Part shown: piece after piece, positions 11,778 to 23,619 of the stretch
How the letters are laid out: each line of letters starts with the position of its first letter
How positions within the stretch are numbered: position 1 is the stretch's first letter
The notes under the pieces: generated by a model
What the model saw: the letters and a program-made list of their open reading frames with translations, nothing else
Database searches by the model: none
Told to the model about the DNA's origin: nothing
Position numbers and translations under genes: made by a program
From: Trypanosoma brucei
Taxonomy: Eukaryota
Assembly: GCA_000002445.1 (NCBI GenBank)
Contig: CP000069.1
Span: 1,152,001 to 1,216,000 of the forward strand
Direction: 5' to 3'
DNA length: 64,000 bases

Positions 11778-12746
11778 TTATGTCAATCTTGATTCCTTCG
11801 CTGAAGAAGGAGAAGAAAGAGCGCGCACTTTAGTCGCAGTGTAACAACCGAGTCCCACAAGTGTAACAGTTACTCCAAGGAGTGTCTTGGTATCCGCCTC
11901 CGAAGAAATAAACACAAATCCACCTATGAAAACCAAAACCGTCTTTAAATAACCGACAATATTTGTGGTTAGCGGAGATGTTTGACCCACTAACAAGAAA
12001 AAAGAAAGATTTACGCCAAAAGCAAGGATACACGACAGTGCAATTGTCCATACGCTTGTAGGGGTTACCTCATAGCTGCGCAGTTCCGTCAAACCATCAA
12101 TGGGAACCGCAAACAACAACATGAGGGAACTTACAGGTGCTTGGTAAATCAAAAGTTGTGCTGCATTCACGCCGAGATCCTTCTGCTTTGTATTTCCCCA
12201 AATAGTGTATAAGGAATTGGCCAGAATAGCTAATAAGGCCCATATTGTTCCCTCAACGGTCAGTCGCGTGTCCGCACACACCGTAATACCCGAACCCAAA
12301 CATGTGATGAAGATGGCCAAAAGTGTTTCCTTTGTTTCCTGTTTATTGTATGCTGCATACTCAATCAGCACAATAAGGGGTGTACAGAGGATCTTCGATG
12401 TTTGGTAGACGCTCACAGTGTTGGCCAAAAGTGAGAAGTTGTTGAACACCACATACCCGCAAAATGCTGCACTTATGGTAAGCACCTGAGCAATGTGAAG
12501 TCTTTTTATCTCAAAGAACCCAAACAGTGACAGCATTAGACAACCAAAGAATGACGCAATGAAGTGCATCACTGTTAAAAGTGTTACGAAATGAAACCCG
12601 GCTTCATTATATACCAGGCGCTTGTTTACAATAATTACTCCTACGCTGCTGACGATGTTAAGGAGCAAACTAAACAATACCTTCAGATTACCGCCACGCA
12701 TCCACTTCAATACGACACCGTGCTCCACATTTTCATGTCTCGTCAT
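11778..12746 (-). CDS. Triose-phosphate/nucleotide-sugar transporter family (TPT/NST, DMT superfamily) membrane protein (322 aa).
   Basis: ATG at 12744-12746. About 8-10 predicted TM helices. Typical TPT/NST layout, with conserved helix motifs (e.g. IVNKRLVYNEAGFHFVTLLTVMHF, YTIWGNTKQKDLG, TNIVGYLKTVLVFIGGFVF). Confidence 0.75.
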   Translation of the reverse strand: MTRHENVEHGVVLKWMRGGNLKVLFSLLLNIVSSVGVIIVNKRLVYNEAGFHFVTLLTVMHFIASFFGCLMLSLFGFFEIKRLHIAQVLTISAAFCGYVVFNNFSLLANTVSVYQTSKILCTPLIVLIEYAAYNKQETKETLLAIFITCLGSGITVCADTRLTVEGTIWALLAILANSLYTIWGNTKQKDLGVNAAQLLIYQAPVSSLMLLFAVPIDGLTELRSYEVTPTSVWTIALSCILAFGVNLSFFLLVGQTSPLTTNIVGYLKTVLVFIGGFVFISSEADTKTLLGVTVTLVGLGCYTATKVRALSSPSSAKESRLT

Positions 12747-13177
12747 TGGCGAGGTCCCTGAGAGACTCCTCTACCCTTTGCTCTTGTTAAAAACAAGCAA
12801 ATCACGCACTGAAGGGTTTTTTTTCTTGAACTACGAGGTAAAAAAAATGGGGAGAAATAGTTTATACCACTAAATACATGTATTTACATACCAGTAATGA
12901 TCCCGGTAGTGAGAAATCGCCCAAAACAACACGCGGCAGCAGCGCTGGTAAGACCCTTTTATTGGAAAGGGTTTTTTTTAAAAAAAAAGGATGTGAGAGT
13001 ATCAAAAGGAGCCGCTTAACAAACAACGTGCAAAGGTAGACCACATGTGTAAATGGGTCTCACCGGCTCACATCTCCAATTCTCGCCTCGGTAACTCTAT
13101 AGTTTCTTTTCTACACAATCTATGCTGCTTGTGGACTGGTGTTAAGACTTAATGGGATTATGAAGATTAGGTATTTG

Positions 13178-14002
13178 CTAGTGATCAATTCCACTGCTAG
13201 TCATCGAGCGAAGAATGTGGTCCTTTTCTTGTTCCAACATATTCTTCCAGCGCTTCCTCATCCTATCCATGGATAGATCTAAATCGCGCAACTTCACAGC
13301 AAGTTTCTCTTTCTTTTCCCTACACACTCCCACGTCATTCTTCGCCTCTTCCAGTGCAGACCGCATCTTAGCAAGTTCGTCTTGTCGCCGCCGCGCAAGT
13401 TGCTTAAGATGCAGCTCATTTTTCATGAAAGATTCAACAACGGCTCCTGTATCGTAAAGAAGGGAATTAGTAGAAGGATCTGTTGCACTCTGCAGGTTTG
13501 TCCCTAGCGTTTTACCACTTATTTGTGCCCTTCTCGTCGCTTGGTCCGTGTCACTCAGCGACCGCACGTGCGTGTTTGCAACTACATCAAGCTCCATCGC
13601 GTTGACATAAGATGAACCCCCCACCGTACCGACGGAATCATAATTGTTCCCTATCATACTATGTGAATTATGCTTATTTAACATATATGAACAGTCCAGT
13701 TTCGACTGTTTTGCAGAGTTGCACACTTTGGGTGATTCATCAACTAAAAAGGAGCAGTTTCCTAACGATGTTGCCCCTACCGCTGACGATTGTAATCTAC
13801 TGTCCCCGCCAACCTGAGCGACACTAGGAGTTAAGTGACTGAGTGGAACAAACCCCACGCGCTCCTTGTCACCAACAACTTCTACCTGTACCCACCCATC
13901 GTGCGTATCTTCATCAATAGCCGTAACAATTTCACCCTTTCGAACAGATAACTCCACATCCTCCTGCGCAGTGAAATTGCAATGCACTGTAAAGAGGGAC
14001 AT
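13178..14002 (-). CDS. SH3 domain-containing protein with a C-terminal coiled coil (274 aa).
   Basis: ATG at 14000-14002. The N-terminal 55 aa match the SH3 consensus: hydrophobic-x-aromatic start, ELSVRKGEIVTAI (the E-L-S-F-x-K-G-E motif), DGWVQVE (the WW motif), and GFVPLSHL (the G-x-[IV]-P-x-N-Y motif). The C-terminal 80 aa are a charged heptad coiled coil. Confidence 0.7.
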   Translation of the reverse strand: MSLFTVHCNFTAQEDVELSVRKGEIVTAIDEDTHDGWVQVEVVGDKERVGFVPLSHLTPSVAQVGGDSRLQSSAVGATSLGNCSFLVDESPKVCNSAKQSKLDCSYMLNKHNSHSMIGNNYDSVGTVGGSSYVNAMELDVVANTHVRSLSDTDQATRRAQISGKTLGTNLQSATDPSTNSLLYDTGAVVESFMKNELHLKQLARRRQDELAKMRSALEEAKNDVGVCREKKEKLAVKLRDLDLSMDRMRKRWKNMLEQEKDHILRSMTSSGIDH

Positions 14003-14941
14003 TACTATACGACGAGGGGGTTTCCAAAATCAATTGACTTCCACGTAGCAGAAAGTGAATACCCTCCCCCCTTCCTCTCAAGTATAAACTTTTTTTTAAA
14101 ACTCTATTCAATGTACCAACACCTTCCCTACTTATGCTGCACTGCTCTAGCAACAATTAACAATTGCCACCGTCGTGTCGCCAGTGATGTGATTAGACAA
14201 TGCACTTTTCTAGAAAGTCGCCGAACCACCCGAGGAAGTTGACTTAACTGCGAAACATAACGAAAGAAGAAGTAAGACAGAACCACGAATTTGCAAAATA
14301 TATACATATGCATAATCATGCAACAACACAAATAGCTGGAAAGAGATCTAGAAAACAATATGGATTATAAACCCAACTTTCCGTAAGTCGCGACGCAATA
14401 TATACAAATGAAGGGAGAAACATGTAGCAGCATCAACGTAAAAAGATACTTCTCTGGGTGAAACGAGAAATAAAAATAGAGAAATGAAATGCAACGAATG
14501 CCTCACAATATCGCAACTCTAACATATAAATATATATATATATATAAGCCCAACACCCACATGTAAGACCGCACCATACAACGGTCAGCTGTACGATGTG
14601 GTACATGGAAAATTCCTATCGATGAACGCTTATATATATATATATATATATACACAAGTAAGAGCCTCTTTGTTAAATCACCAAACACCTCCACCCTCCA
14701 AAAAAAAAAAAAAGAGCTCACAGCAGTTTTGAGTTTACACGGTACTGTTACCGCCTCATGGCAAGTTAACCCGCACCCCCCCCCCTCAAACACACACAAA
14801 CACACACACACACAAGCCGTATTTTCTCCATACCCGCACTTTCCTGAGGCTACGAGATATTACCACCAAATATAAACCAAAACCGGCCTAACTGCTCCTC
14901 CCAGGGTTTTCCTGCCGACTTTACGCTACCGAATCAAGGCG

Positions 14942-15805
14942 CTACCGCGTCTGACCGCGTCTAGCGAGAATTCGGTTGCGCTTCTCGCTTAAGTGTTCGT
15001 CCAGCATATTGCAACGCTTGTCGAGAACTTTTATATACATTGCTGCATTCATGAGAGCTGGATCGACCCATTGTTGCAAATGAGGAAAAGATGCCAGGTA
15101 CCCATTAGAAGCACGTTTACTCTCCGTATCTGATGTAGCTAAGGAAGGAATAATTTGTGGTTTAAGTGATCGTGCGTGTGACCGAATTTGGCGAAAGAAC
15201 CCCACTTCGCTACTATCTTGGCTCATCAGTATCCGACCTGCCTTTTCGGGTAAACCATCACTGACATCACTCAACGTTTTATTCTTTTTAAGCAGTTCTC
15301 GAGTCCTGTCGAGCACCCTGTACCCAACAGAAAATGGCAGCTCCAGCACTTGTAAAGAAAAGCATCCTTCCAATGCCGAAATTAAATGCGAGGAGTTTTT
15401 CTCTAGTATTCCTGTACCGACGAGATGTATCGATTTAATTGTAGGAACGCCCTGAATAATTCGACCAATTTCCGGTGAGGAGGCACTTGTGATACCGGGG
15501 TTCTTTGAAAGATCTAAATGAACCAAACACTTTCTCGTGCAAATGGCGTGTGCAAGATGTATGATGTCCAGATCCTTCAAACTGCACGAACGAAGACTAA
15601 GTGACTCAATGGGATTGGAACCCTTAAGAATAGCAGCAAGAATCCCAATGGCATCATCTGTAAAGGTATTATGATCAAAGACTAAATTGCAGTAAAAGTC
15701 ATTGCTGCATATCGCATCGCGTAGACGCTGTAAGACATTAGAGTCCAGCACAAATGTGGTATTGTCGCTGAAGTCAATAGCACGACGCTCGTGGTCAATA
15801 ATCAT
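14942..15805 (-). CDS. Leucine-rich repeat protein, ribonuclease-inhibitor-like (287 aa).
   Basis: ATG at 15803-15805. Repeated LxxLxLxxNxL units of about 24-28 aa (IESLSLRSCSLKD, LVHLDLSKNPGITS, IKSIHLVGTGI, LQVLELPFS). Confidence 0.7.
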   Translation of the reverse strand: MIIDHERRAIDFSDNTTFVLDSNVLQRLRDAICSNDFYCNLVFDHNTFTDDAIGILAAILKGSNPIESLSLRSCSLKDLDIIHLAHAICTRKCLVHLDLSKNPGITSASSPEIGRIIQGVPTIKSIHLVGTGILEKNSSHLISALEGCFSLQVLELPFSVGYRVLDRTRELLKKNKTLSDVSDGLPEKAGRILMSQDSSEVGFFRQIRSHARSLKPQIIPSLATSDTESKRASNGYLASFPHLQQWVDPALMNAAMYIKVLDKRCNMLDEHLSEKRNRILARRGQTR

Positions 15806-16955
15806 TGCTGACCTCTTCCCGTTGCCCTCAATTCAACGACACTCAGAAAGTCGCAAAAGAAAACCTTTTCTAAGCTTGACACAGGAATGATCATAAATAT
15901 TAAAATAAGATGAAAATGGGGGGAAATAGGGGCGGATGCCACCGCAAGATAGGAATTTTAATTTTAACCAATATATCCAAATCAAATAAAAGATTAGTAC
16001 ATGTATGCTTGTCCATAGATATATATATATATATATATATGTGGTAAATGTGAGTGTGTTTACTATACGGATCACCTTCATCGCGAAGCGTAACTCAACG
16101 GTATCATTTCACGGAACATCTCTCTTGAAGAAACGTCCGACTCGAGGGAGGGAAAGAGGAAAAAAAAAATACCTAAATGGAAAGGGGGGGAGATGAGGGG
16201 GTCGTGTATTTCGAGAGTGTCGATGATTCACACAAAAAGAAACTCACTCACTCACATACGGATGGAATATGTACATGTGTGTTTGTGTTTTTTGTGAATG
16301 AGTTTCTGTTTGCATGAATGTATGCATGTATTCATACGTTTATTCTTCTTTGAAGAAAATGTAAGAAAGAAACGCGAATACAACGGCAAAAACAGCAACA
16401 ACACAAATCAAAAATAAACAAAAATCACCTTTCGTCACTATCACTCTCAGACACTGAAAACAAAGAAGTCATGTGAAGGATGAAGTCCCAAGTTTCGGTG
16501 CGGTTGGTGAGAGCCCCCATCAGAATTTTTTTTAAAAAAGAGATAAAACAAGTAGTGAGAACAAAAACAATATGCCCAGTAAAAGTATTTCACGTGCGTA
16601 GGAAGATGATGCAACACCGTGCTCTAGAAAGGAGGGAGGTGGGGGAAGGATGAATGAATTTTTTTTGTATAATGACAAAAAAAAGACTTGGGAATGCATG
16701 GAGAATAGAAGAAAAAGAGAGAGAGGAGGTGGAAAGCAAGGACAACATATCACCCGTAGTCGGTAATGTGTCAAATACACAACCTTCGGGGACCTCGGTG
16801 AAGTGAGTAAAAAAAAACATTTGCACATCCTAACTGATCCATATGGGGAGAAACACACTCCACACATTGTTTTCCGACCACTTGTGATGCCCCACACATT
16901 AGTAAATCAGTAACAACAAATATATAAACATACGCAGTGTACCGACGGCGCAGCA

Positions 16956-16989
16956 ACACAAACAAACAAACAAACAAACAAACAAACAA
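16956..16989. repeat. (AAAC)8 tetranucleotide microsatellite
   Basis: acaaacaaacaaacaaacaaacaaacaaacaaac read directly. Confidence 0.95.
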
Positions 16990-17098
16990 GAGAGAAAGAA
17001 AGAGAAGGGTATAGAAAGGTTTAACGAGAGTATCGCTTTCGACACAGGGATGCGGCATGTATGTACATAAGTGTTGCCCTTGGTCAGTTTTAACTTTT

Positions 17099-19234
17099 TC
17101 ACTCATCATTTACCTCCCCTTCCGATAGACACTCTTCCAAGTTAAGTTTTGCGTAAGTTTCAAACATGTCGTGCTCATCGGAAGAATTTTCATCGTAATC
17201 TTTTCTCACATTCCCTAATTTTACATCAAACTGGCCCTTTACCCTCCCGTCCCCTCGGCCCTTCGTTCCTCCTGCACTGAGCCCGCCATTTGATGCCCCT
17301 TCTTCCAAACTACCAGCCGAGTCGTATGAATCACATTCCTCCTCGTCCGTCTCCTCGACTTTTTCATCCCCATCCTCATCCTCCTCTTCCCCTTCCCCTT
17401 CTACTCCCACTTCTTCTCCTCCTTCCTCTTCTTCCTCTTCCTCTTCTTCCCCCTCTTCTTCTTGTGAATATTTCCTCTCCTGCAACTGCCCTTCTTCGCT
17501 TTGCCCCTCACTGGCCTCCTCATTATTATCCTCTTCGGTATCCTCGGCATCCTTATGCGTACGCCCTGCGGGACCATGTAGATCAGAGGCGTCGCCAAAT
17601 GCACGTGGACCCATTGACTGCCGCCTAAGAAGAGCAAGTGGCGATTCACCATTGGTAAAGAGACGCCACAGGGCATCGGCTTGTCGTTGAGTTATGATTT
17701 TTTCCTCAACAAACTGTAAAAGATGCTCGTATTCAATTGGAACAGGTTTGTTGGCGTTCTTTTCCGGAAGCCCGAATGCCGTCTTCCGAGTCAAAAACGA
17801 GGCGCATTTAAAGGAGTCCTGCATGGTCGTATTATCCGTGATTTCTTCAGGGACATAAGATCCCACCCCAGCTTCCAATGGTGCGCTAATGGGGCGGAAC
17901 GTTTTTGGAGGAAGTATTTTACTCTTTGGGGGAGCCTGTTTTCTGTCCTGTGCAAGTGTTGACAAGATGGTTGATCCCTTGTTCGTCCCCTTGACCAGAG
18001 CACCAGGCATAGGTGGCGACACAACAGGAGGGTCCGGTGCTGTTTCCGCTCTCCTGGGGACCTCTTTCACAAGCCTATTTAAGTCACGTTCCTTGCGCTT
18101 CGCATTTTTCAGTTCGTTTTTCAATTGTTTGACTTGTTCCTCCCAATTTCGCTCTTTCTCCCTCATCTTCGCCATTTGTATCTCACGTGTCTCTAACTCT
18201 TTTTGTAGTCGTCCCAACTGGTTTTCCGTCATACGTGCCTGTGTACTTCGGGGGCCCACGGGTGCAGGTCCTGCGCGCCCTCGCGCTTCATTCGAGCGGC
18301 CTCGAGGGCCTGCGACATTTCTTGCCTTCCCTGACCGCCCAGGCACACCATTGAGGAGAGGTGTCCCCAACAGTTCCTGAGCATTTGATTCTATTGCCCT
18401 TCCCGATGATTGTGTGCTCTCCACTGGCCGCCGCCCCGGAAACCCCTCAACAATTTCCAGCGGAGGAAGATGCCCACCCGGACGCTTGGGCGACTGGGCA
18501 AAGTTCTTTCGTCCCCCACTAACAGGCGGTTTCACCAAACCCATATGTAAGGGAGGTGCTTGTTTTAACTGCCGTTGAGGGCTCGGTTGTTTCGGTTGCT
18601 GCGCCTGAAGTTGAGCCTTCACCTCATCCACGTTGAAGTTACGAGGTAAGCAGTTTGAGTCAAAGGTTTTGGGTGAATCGGCAACCAACGGACTGCAATG
18701 TGGAGATGCACCCAACCCAATTCGTTCCCGTACGTTTGGAGTACCAAGGAGGTTAGGCGCACCATTGCTTTTCGGTGGGCGTGACGTCAGGCCGACTGGT
18801 AGGGATTTGGTGTTATATTCATTCTGAGGTGCTAAAGGGTTACCCTCTGACGTGCTCATAGAGAAGTTTGGTGGCAGTGAGTTCGATTGGTACACTGGCC
18901 GTAACGCAGTAACGCCATTCCTAATTCCATTTGACGGACCCTGCTGCGCGCCCCCGGTAGATTTAACTATGAAGTCATCGGGGTCGCCTTGAGGAACAAT
19001 TTTAATTTGATTGTCTTCAAAATTCATATTGTAAGTTTGCTCCTTCACAGTGTTCCTCACCCCATTAGCCAGTTTTTTTCCGATACCCGCCTCTTCTTTC
19101 CGCTTTTTGACCTGCGCGACCTGCTTGTCCAGAGCCTCCTTCAGCGCACGTTGTTTCATTTTACTTTGTATAACATCTTTCAGTTTCTCCTCCGTAAGTA
19201 TTACTGGTTTTCCAAATACCACATGGTCGGACAT
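17099..19234 (-). CDS. Large hypothetical protein (711 aa) with a Pro-rich middle, a central coiled coil and a poly-Glu/Asp acidic C-terminal tail.
   Basis: ATG at 19232-19234. Contains ELETREIQMAKMREKERNWEEQVKQLKNELKNAKRKERDL (coiled coil). The acidic tail EEEGEEEEEEEEEGGEEVGVEGEGEEEDEDGDE is encoded by CTC/TTC repeats on the plus strand (17340-17480). Confidence 0.6.
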   Translation of the reverse strand: MSDHVVFGKPVILTEEKLKDVIQSKMKQRALKEALDKQVAQVKKRKEEAGIGKKLANGVRNTVKEQTYNMNFEDNQIKIVPQGDPDDFIVKSTGGAQQGPSNGIRNGVTALRPVYQSNSLPPNFSMSTSEGNPLAPQNEYNTKSLPVGLTSRPPKSNGAPNLLGTPNVRERIGLGASPHCSPLVADSPKTFDSNCLPRNFNVDEVKAQLQAQQPKQPSPQRQLKQAPPLHMGLVKPPVSGGRKNFAQSPKRPGGHLPPLEIVEGFPGRRPVESTQSSGRAIESNAQELLGTPLLNGVPGRSGKARNVAGPRGRSNEARGRAGPAPVGPRSTQARMTENQLGRLQKELETREIQMAKMREKERNWEEQVKQLKNELKNAKRKERDLNRLVKEVPRRAETAPDPPVVSPPMPGALVKGTNKGSTILSTLAQDRKQAPPKSKILPPKTFRPISAPLEAGVGSYVPEEITDNTTMQDSFKCASFLTRKTAFGLPEKNANKPVPIEYEHLLQFVEEKIITQRQADALWRLFTNGESPLALLRRQSMGPRAFGDASDLHGPAGRTHKDAEDTEEDNNEEASEGQSEEGQLQERKYSQEEEGEEEEEEEEEGGEEVGVEGEGEEEDEDGDEKVEETDEEECDSYDSAGSLEEGASNGGLSAGGTKGRGDGRVKGQFDVKLGNVRKDYDENSSDEHDMFETYAKLNLEECLSEGEVNDE

Positions 19235-21821
19235 ACAGCCAACTAGTGAGGAGGGAAAGTACGTCTATGAGGAGCCACTGGCTTAGTCTTTACGCGGTTA
19301 ATACTATAATAATAATAAAAGAAAATCTCGTACGGTATTTTGTATAACTGTCTGACAACCTGTAGTGTTCCTCTATCCCCTGCCTCTCTCCCTACGAGTA
19401 CCTATACGCAGGGTGGATAGGACAGAGGATAAAAACAAAAACAAAAAAAAAATAGGAAAGGTGAAAAAGATACTACGTCTGGTGCCTCGGTATATTTCTT
19501 ATCTTTAACTACACTAGCGCTTCCCTCGCCTTGATTTTTTTCGTTTCGGTGGAGGTCAAGTTGATATTTCACACACTTCCTTCTAGAAATGACGTCCGGA
19601 ATATTACCAGCGAATGTATATAATATTTATATGCTTATATATTTATGTGCCAATGGGTGAAGTGATTACCGTTTAGGTCCGACTAACACCAGGATCACAA
19701 CTGTACCAATGCTAACCTGTAGTTATCAACAAAAGGAAACCTTTTGAGATGTGAGAAAAGTAATGGAAGCGGAAAAAAAACGGGAACGATAATAGCGAGT
19801 GGGTAGTAGCAAAAAGCAAATCACATTAGTAAACATATCATGAGTGCATGTCGGTAATACAAGAAAAACTGCTGGTGAAGTGGCACATTCGCTCCACAAA
19901 AAATAAATAAATGTGTTTCCTTTTGGTTCCAGGTGCCTTAAGTGCTGATTTTGACGCAAGGCGTCGATGTATGAAAAAGGCGTTTATTTTCCACAACGGA
20001 GTCCTTTACAAGTGAATTGGCCCCAGTCAGCCGTAACAGTTGTGATCGCATCCACATTTACCTTCAATGGACATGCAAACAGCTGAGCAAAACTCCCAAC
20101 TTACAACCATTTTAAACAAATGGTTCATTATATGCACATGCATTAGCCACAAAATAGCTGCCAACCCACTCCAACCGCTCTTCTGAACCGCACATATCGG
20201 GGCCAAACTCCACGTACAACATTTACTGTTCGCTGGAAAGTCATTTATTCCCATTATGAAATATCACCATTTTATGCAAATTCAGAACAGGTATGTACTT
20301 GATTCTATATGTTTGATTCCCCTAACACAAATCCTGCAATAAGAAACACAAGACTTTAAAAAAAAAAAAAGAGCTGAGGTTTGAAGGCACAAGCCCAAAC
20401 ATGCGGAGGAAACCAGTAGTAAATAGCATCACGAACTTCTTTAAGCAGCACCTTTTTAAAGATGTGCAGTATTGCGACAACAATATTAATAGTAAGGGTG
20501 GCAAACAAAAAAAATTCGTGGTTAACTGTCAGTCCACCCCATGGGTAGTTCCCCAACCCAAACACACATCATCACACACATAAATGGTGCAGATGTGATA
20601 GAAACGGCCATCGGAACTTCCCGCGAGGGGAATAAATGGAAACCAATCAAAAAAAAATGGTTAACACAACAACACACACGATTTAACTTGATACCGTACA
20701 CTTCATAATGGACCTCATCCCGCCAGATACCGCACAGAAGCTAAATAAACCATGGTGGACGCAAGAAAGGCACAAATGTCACCGATATCTTTTTTTTCTC
20801 CTCCCTCAACCCAAAAGCCCCAAATATTTAAATCCTTCCCTTTTTTTAAGTTACCTTCCACCGACCACAAGATGCATGAAGGAGAACAACATGAAAGGGG
20901 AGAGGGAAGAGGAAACAAAAAGGTTCGACAGCTGTAATAATATGCGTATGTTTTGCGTTGCAGTTCAGTGGCGCGCGCCAATCGCTCATCCAAATTAATA
21001 GGATAAAAGGGAACTAGTCGTCGCAACTCGAAAAAAAAAATGAGCGATAACTATAAGCTCAGTGAAGGTCAGACAATAACAATATCAACACATGCATCTA
21101 CACGCGGGGTGTTGACGTACAAACCGTTAGGTATACCACCCATTGAATGGGTAATATATGTTCTTAAATGCACAAAGGAGTGTGTGAACATGTATATATA
21201 TATATATATATACACCTTTTCACAATGCAAACAAATACATATGAACACACTTCTTTAACCCACAGAAGCGTAGCATCATCTCCACTTTTCACCTTTGCCC
21301 CTAAACAACATATTTAAATTTGTTTTTTTTCTAAAAAAGAGGGGGTATTTCGTTAAAGAAAAATACCCTTCCTTCCCCCAATACTTCGCTTGTTTACTAT
21401 TTCAGTGCCACAAACACTTTGACGCAGCCCAGAATCACGAATAGAGTATGACTTGTTTCTCAATTTCCCTTTTCCATATGCTTCCATTTGCAGGAGTAAA
21501 GAGAGAAAAAGAGAAATTGAGAAACAACTCATATGTTAGGTCACAATTGGATAATAGCATCTTCCAATATGTCTTCACGTCGTCTCCCATTCACAAACCT
21601 TTGCACTCGCCAAAAAGGAATTAAAAAAAGAGAGTAAAAAACAGCAACCTACTACTGGCAAACCACTAAAATTCACGTTCACCATCCACAACCGTTGCCT
21701 TATTCGCGCTCGCACAACAAACCACACCTTTTCATCCACCATTATCCCCATTTTACAGGCATGCGCAGCAAAATGTGCGCGCAAGTTGGAAAAAAAAGGA
21801 GGGGTTGATGACACAAATTGT

Positions 21822-23072
21822 TTAGGAGGAAGCACCACCGTTGGCCCCACCTCCGCCATTATTCAGTAGAATATTTTGGAACTTAAGCATGAGATTCATC
21901 ACTTCTGGGTCATTCATATGTTGTTGAAACGCAGAGGGGCCATTGCGTTGCACATCTTCCATGATGGCACGTAACCTTGGATTGCGTCCCGCCTCTTCTT
22001 CTTTAAATCGCTCCAATGCCTCGCGGTCGATATCTCCAAACAAACGTGTGAAATCCACATCACCTCCTGCTGAAAGCATTCCCATACCTGAACCCATCAA
22101 CCGGGCCACCTCCTCCGGATTATCGGATAAACCGCCAATACGTGAGGCCATTTGTACCACTGCCTGGTTGAACTGTGGGTTCGACATTAGGCGTGTGGCG
22201 GTCTCAACAAATTGCGGGTTCTTCATCACTTCCGCAACCTGAGAGAAATTGAACATTCCGTCTGCACCAAAAGGAGTTCCACCCATTCCCGCAGTGGCAG
22301 AGTTGCTCTGCTTTGCCTTTTCCTCCACCTGCTTCAGGTCCTCCCTGTAACGTTCATTGGTGGGATCCAACTCACATGCCTTGCTGAAGGCGTCAACAGC
22401 ACGCTGATAATTCTCTTGGTAGAAGAGGGTTGTTCCGAGTCGTGAGTATGCTTTGGCATATGTAGGACAAATTGAAATGGATCGCTCACAGTCAATAATC
22501 GCACTGCGGTAGTCCTTTAAGTGAGTGTGAGCAGCTGCTCGATTGGCGAAAAAGACGTGGTTTTCGGGTTCCATCTCAATTGCTTTGGTGTAATACGCCA
22601 CGGCTTGCTTATAGTTGGCGAGTCCCATGAGTTCATTCCCCTTGTTTTTGATCTCTTCAGCTGTCATTCCCTCATATGGGTTGTTACGCTTTTCAAACTT
22701 TTCCCTCGCTTTCTCCAGACGAGAATTATACTCCTCTGACCCCTCTTCAGCACCTGCAAAGTAACCTTTCTTACGGAGTAAATCGAGAAAGGCGTTAAAT
22801 TTATCATCCTGCTGAATGCTGACGCTTTTCTTCATTTCGTTTAGTGCCTGTTGAAAGGCTGGGAGAAGCGCAACGCCCGTGTCGTGGCAACCGCCTACAC
22901 CTGCAGGATCCACACCATATTCCTCACCTAGCAACTGCACAATGGCGGTCACACGGTCAGGTGTGGAAGTTTCAGTGGACCGTATCATTTGAATGAAGGA
23001 AAATATAAGCTTCTTATAATCTTCCGTAACAGCCTGGGGGACCGGTACAGAACCTTCAGCTGCTCCACTCAT
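21822..23072 (-). CDS. SGT: Small glutamine-rich TPR-containing co-chaperone (SGT) (416 aa).
   Basis: ATG at 23070-23072. N-terminal dimerisation-like region. Three canonical TPR motifs (AEEIKNKGNELMGLANYKQAVAYYTKAIEMEPENHVFFANRAAAHTHLKDYRSAIIDCERSISICPTYAKAYSRLGTTLFYQENYQRAVDAFSKACELDP). C-terminal Gln/Met/Gly-rich STI1-like segment (NPQFVETATRLMSNPQFNQAVVQM). Confidence 0.85.
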   Translation of the reverse strand: MSGAAEGSVPVPQAVTEDYKKLIFSFIQMIRSTETSTPDRVTAIVQLLGEEYGVDPAGVGGCHDTGVALLPAFQQALNEMKKSVSIQQDDKFNAFLDLLRKKGYFAGAEEGSEEYNSRLEKAREKFEKRNNPYEGMTAEEIKNKGNELMGLANYKQAVAYYTKAIEMEPENHVFFANRAAAHTHLKDYRSAIIDCERSISICPTYAKAYSRLGTTLFYQENYQRAVDAFSKACELDPTNERYREDLKQVEEKAKQSNSATAGMGGTPFGADGMFNFSQVAEVMKNPQFVETATRLMSNPQFNQAVVQMASRIGGLSDNPEEVARLMGSGMGMLSAGGDVDFTRLFGDIDREALERFKEEEAGRNPRLRAIMEDVQRNGPSAFQQHMNDPEVMNLMLKFQNILLNNGGGGANGGASS

Positions 23073-23619
23073 TGGTTTATTTGCGTTGATAGAGTTTTAG
23101 TTACTTGTGCGGGAAAATACCTAAAATATATAAGTACGTAAATATATTTTATGTGTGATAAGGTATGCTCAAAAATAATGGCGCACCTTCTTTACTATTG
23201 CTTTCACTAGCGCACGAAAATCCGCCGTTGAGCAAACGAGTATAAAATAATAATAATAGTTAAAAAAAGTAGGGGAAACACATGTATAAGATATCAAACA
23301 TATCCCTTCATACATTCTGTTCAATACCGTTAGCTTGCAGTGTATGAAAACCATCCACCCGTTACACCCGCATGCAAACAAACACGGACCTCTAAACAAA
23401 ATGACCAATAAGTTGACAACAAGTGAAAACGAGGAGAAAATAAAAGGAAAAAAAAAGTGTGGCTGCATTTGTCACTCAACATTGACACATTCCGCTGCAC
23501 ACTCCTGATAAAAGACGACGGGAGGGTTGTTTTTGTTTTTTGTTTTTCCTCCTCTCACCCTCTCAGTGATTGAGCGACAACTGAAGTGGCAGCCCCCTTC
23601 CCCGGCCTAAACGGACCGT

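Noticed and set aside
16783-16794. ccttcggggac, reminiscent of the U6 snRNA 5' stem-loop
   Set aside because: The downstream sequence does not continue with the conserved U6 ACAGAGA / AGC elements or the trypanosome U6 sequence.
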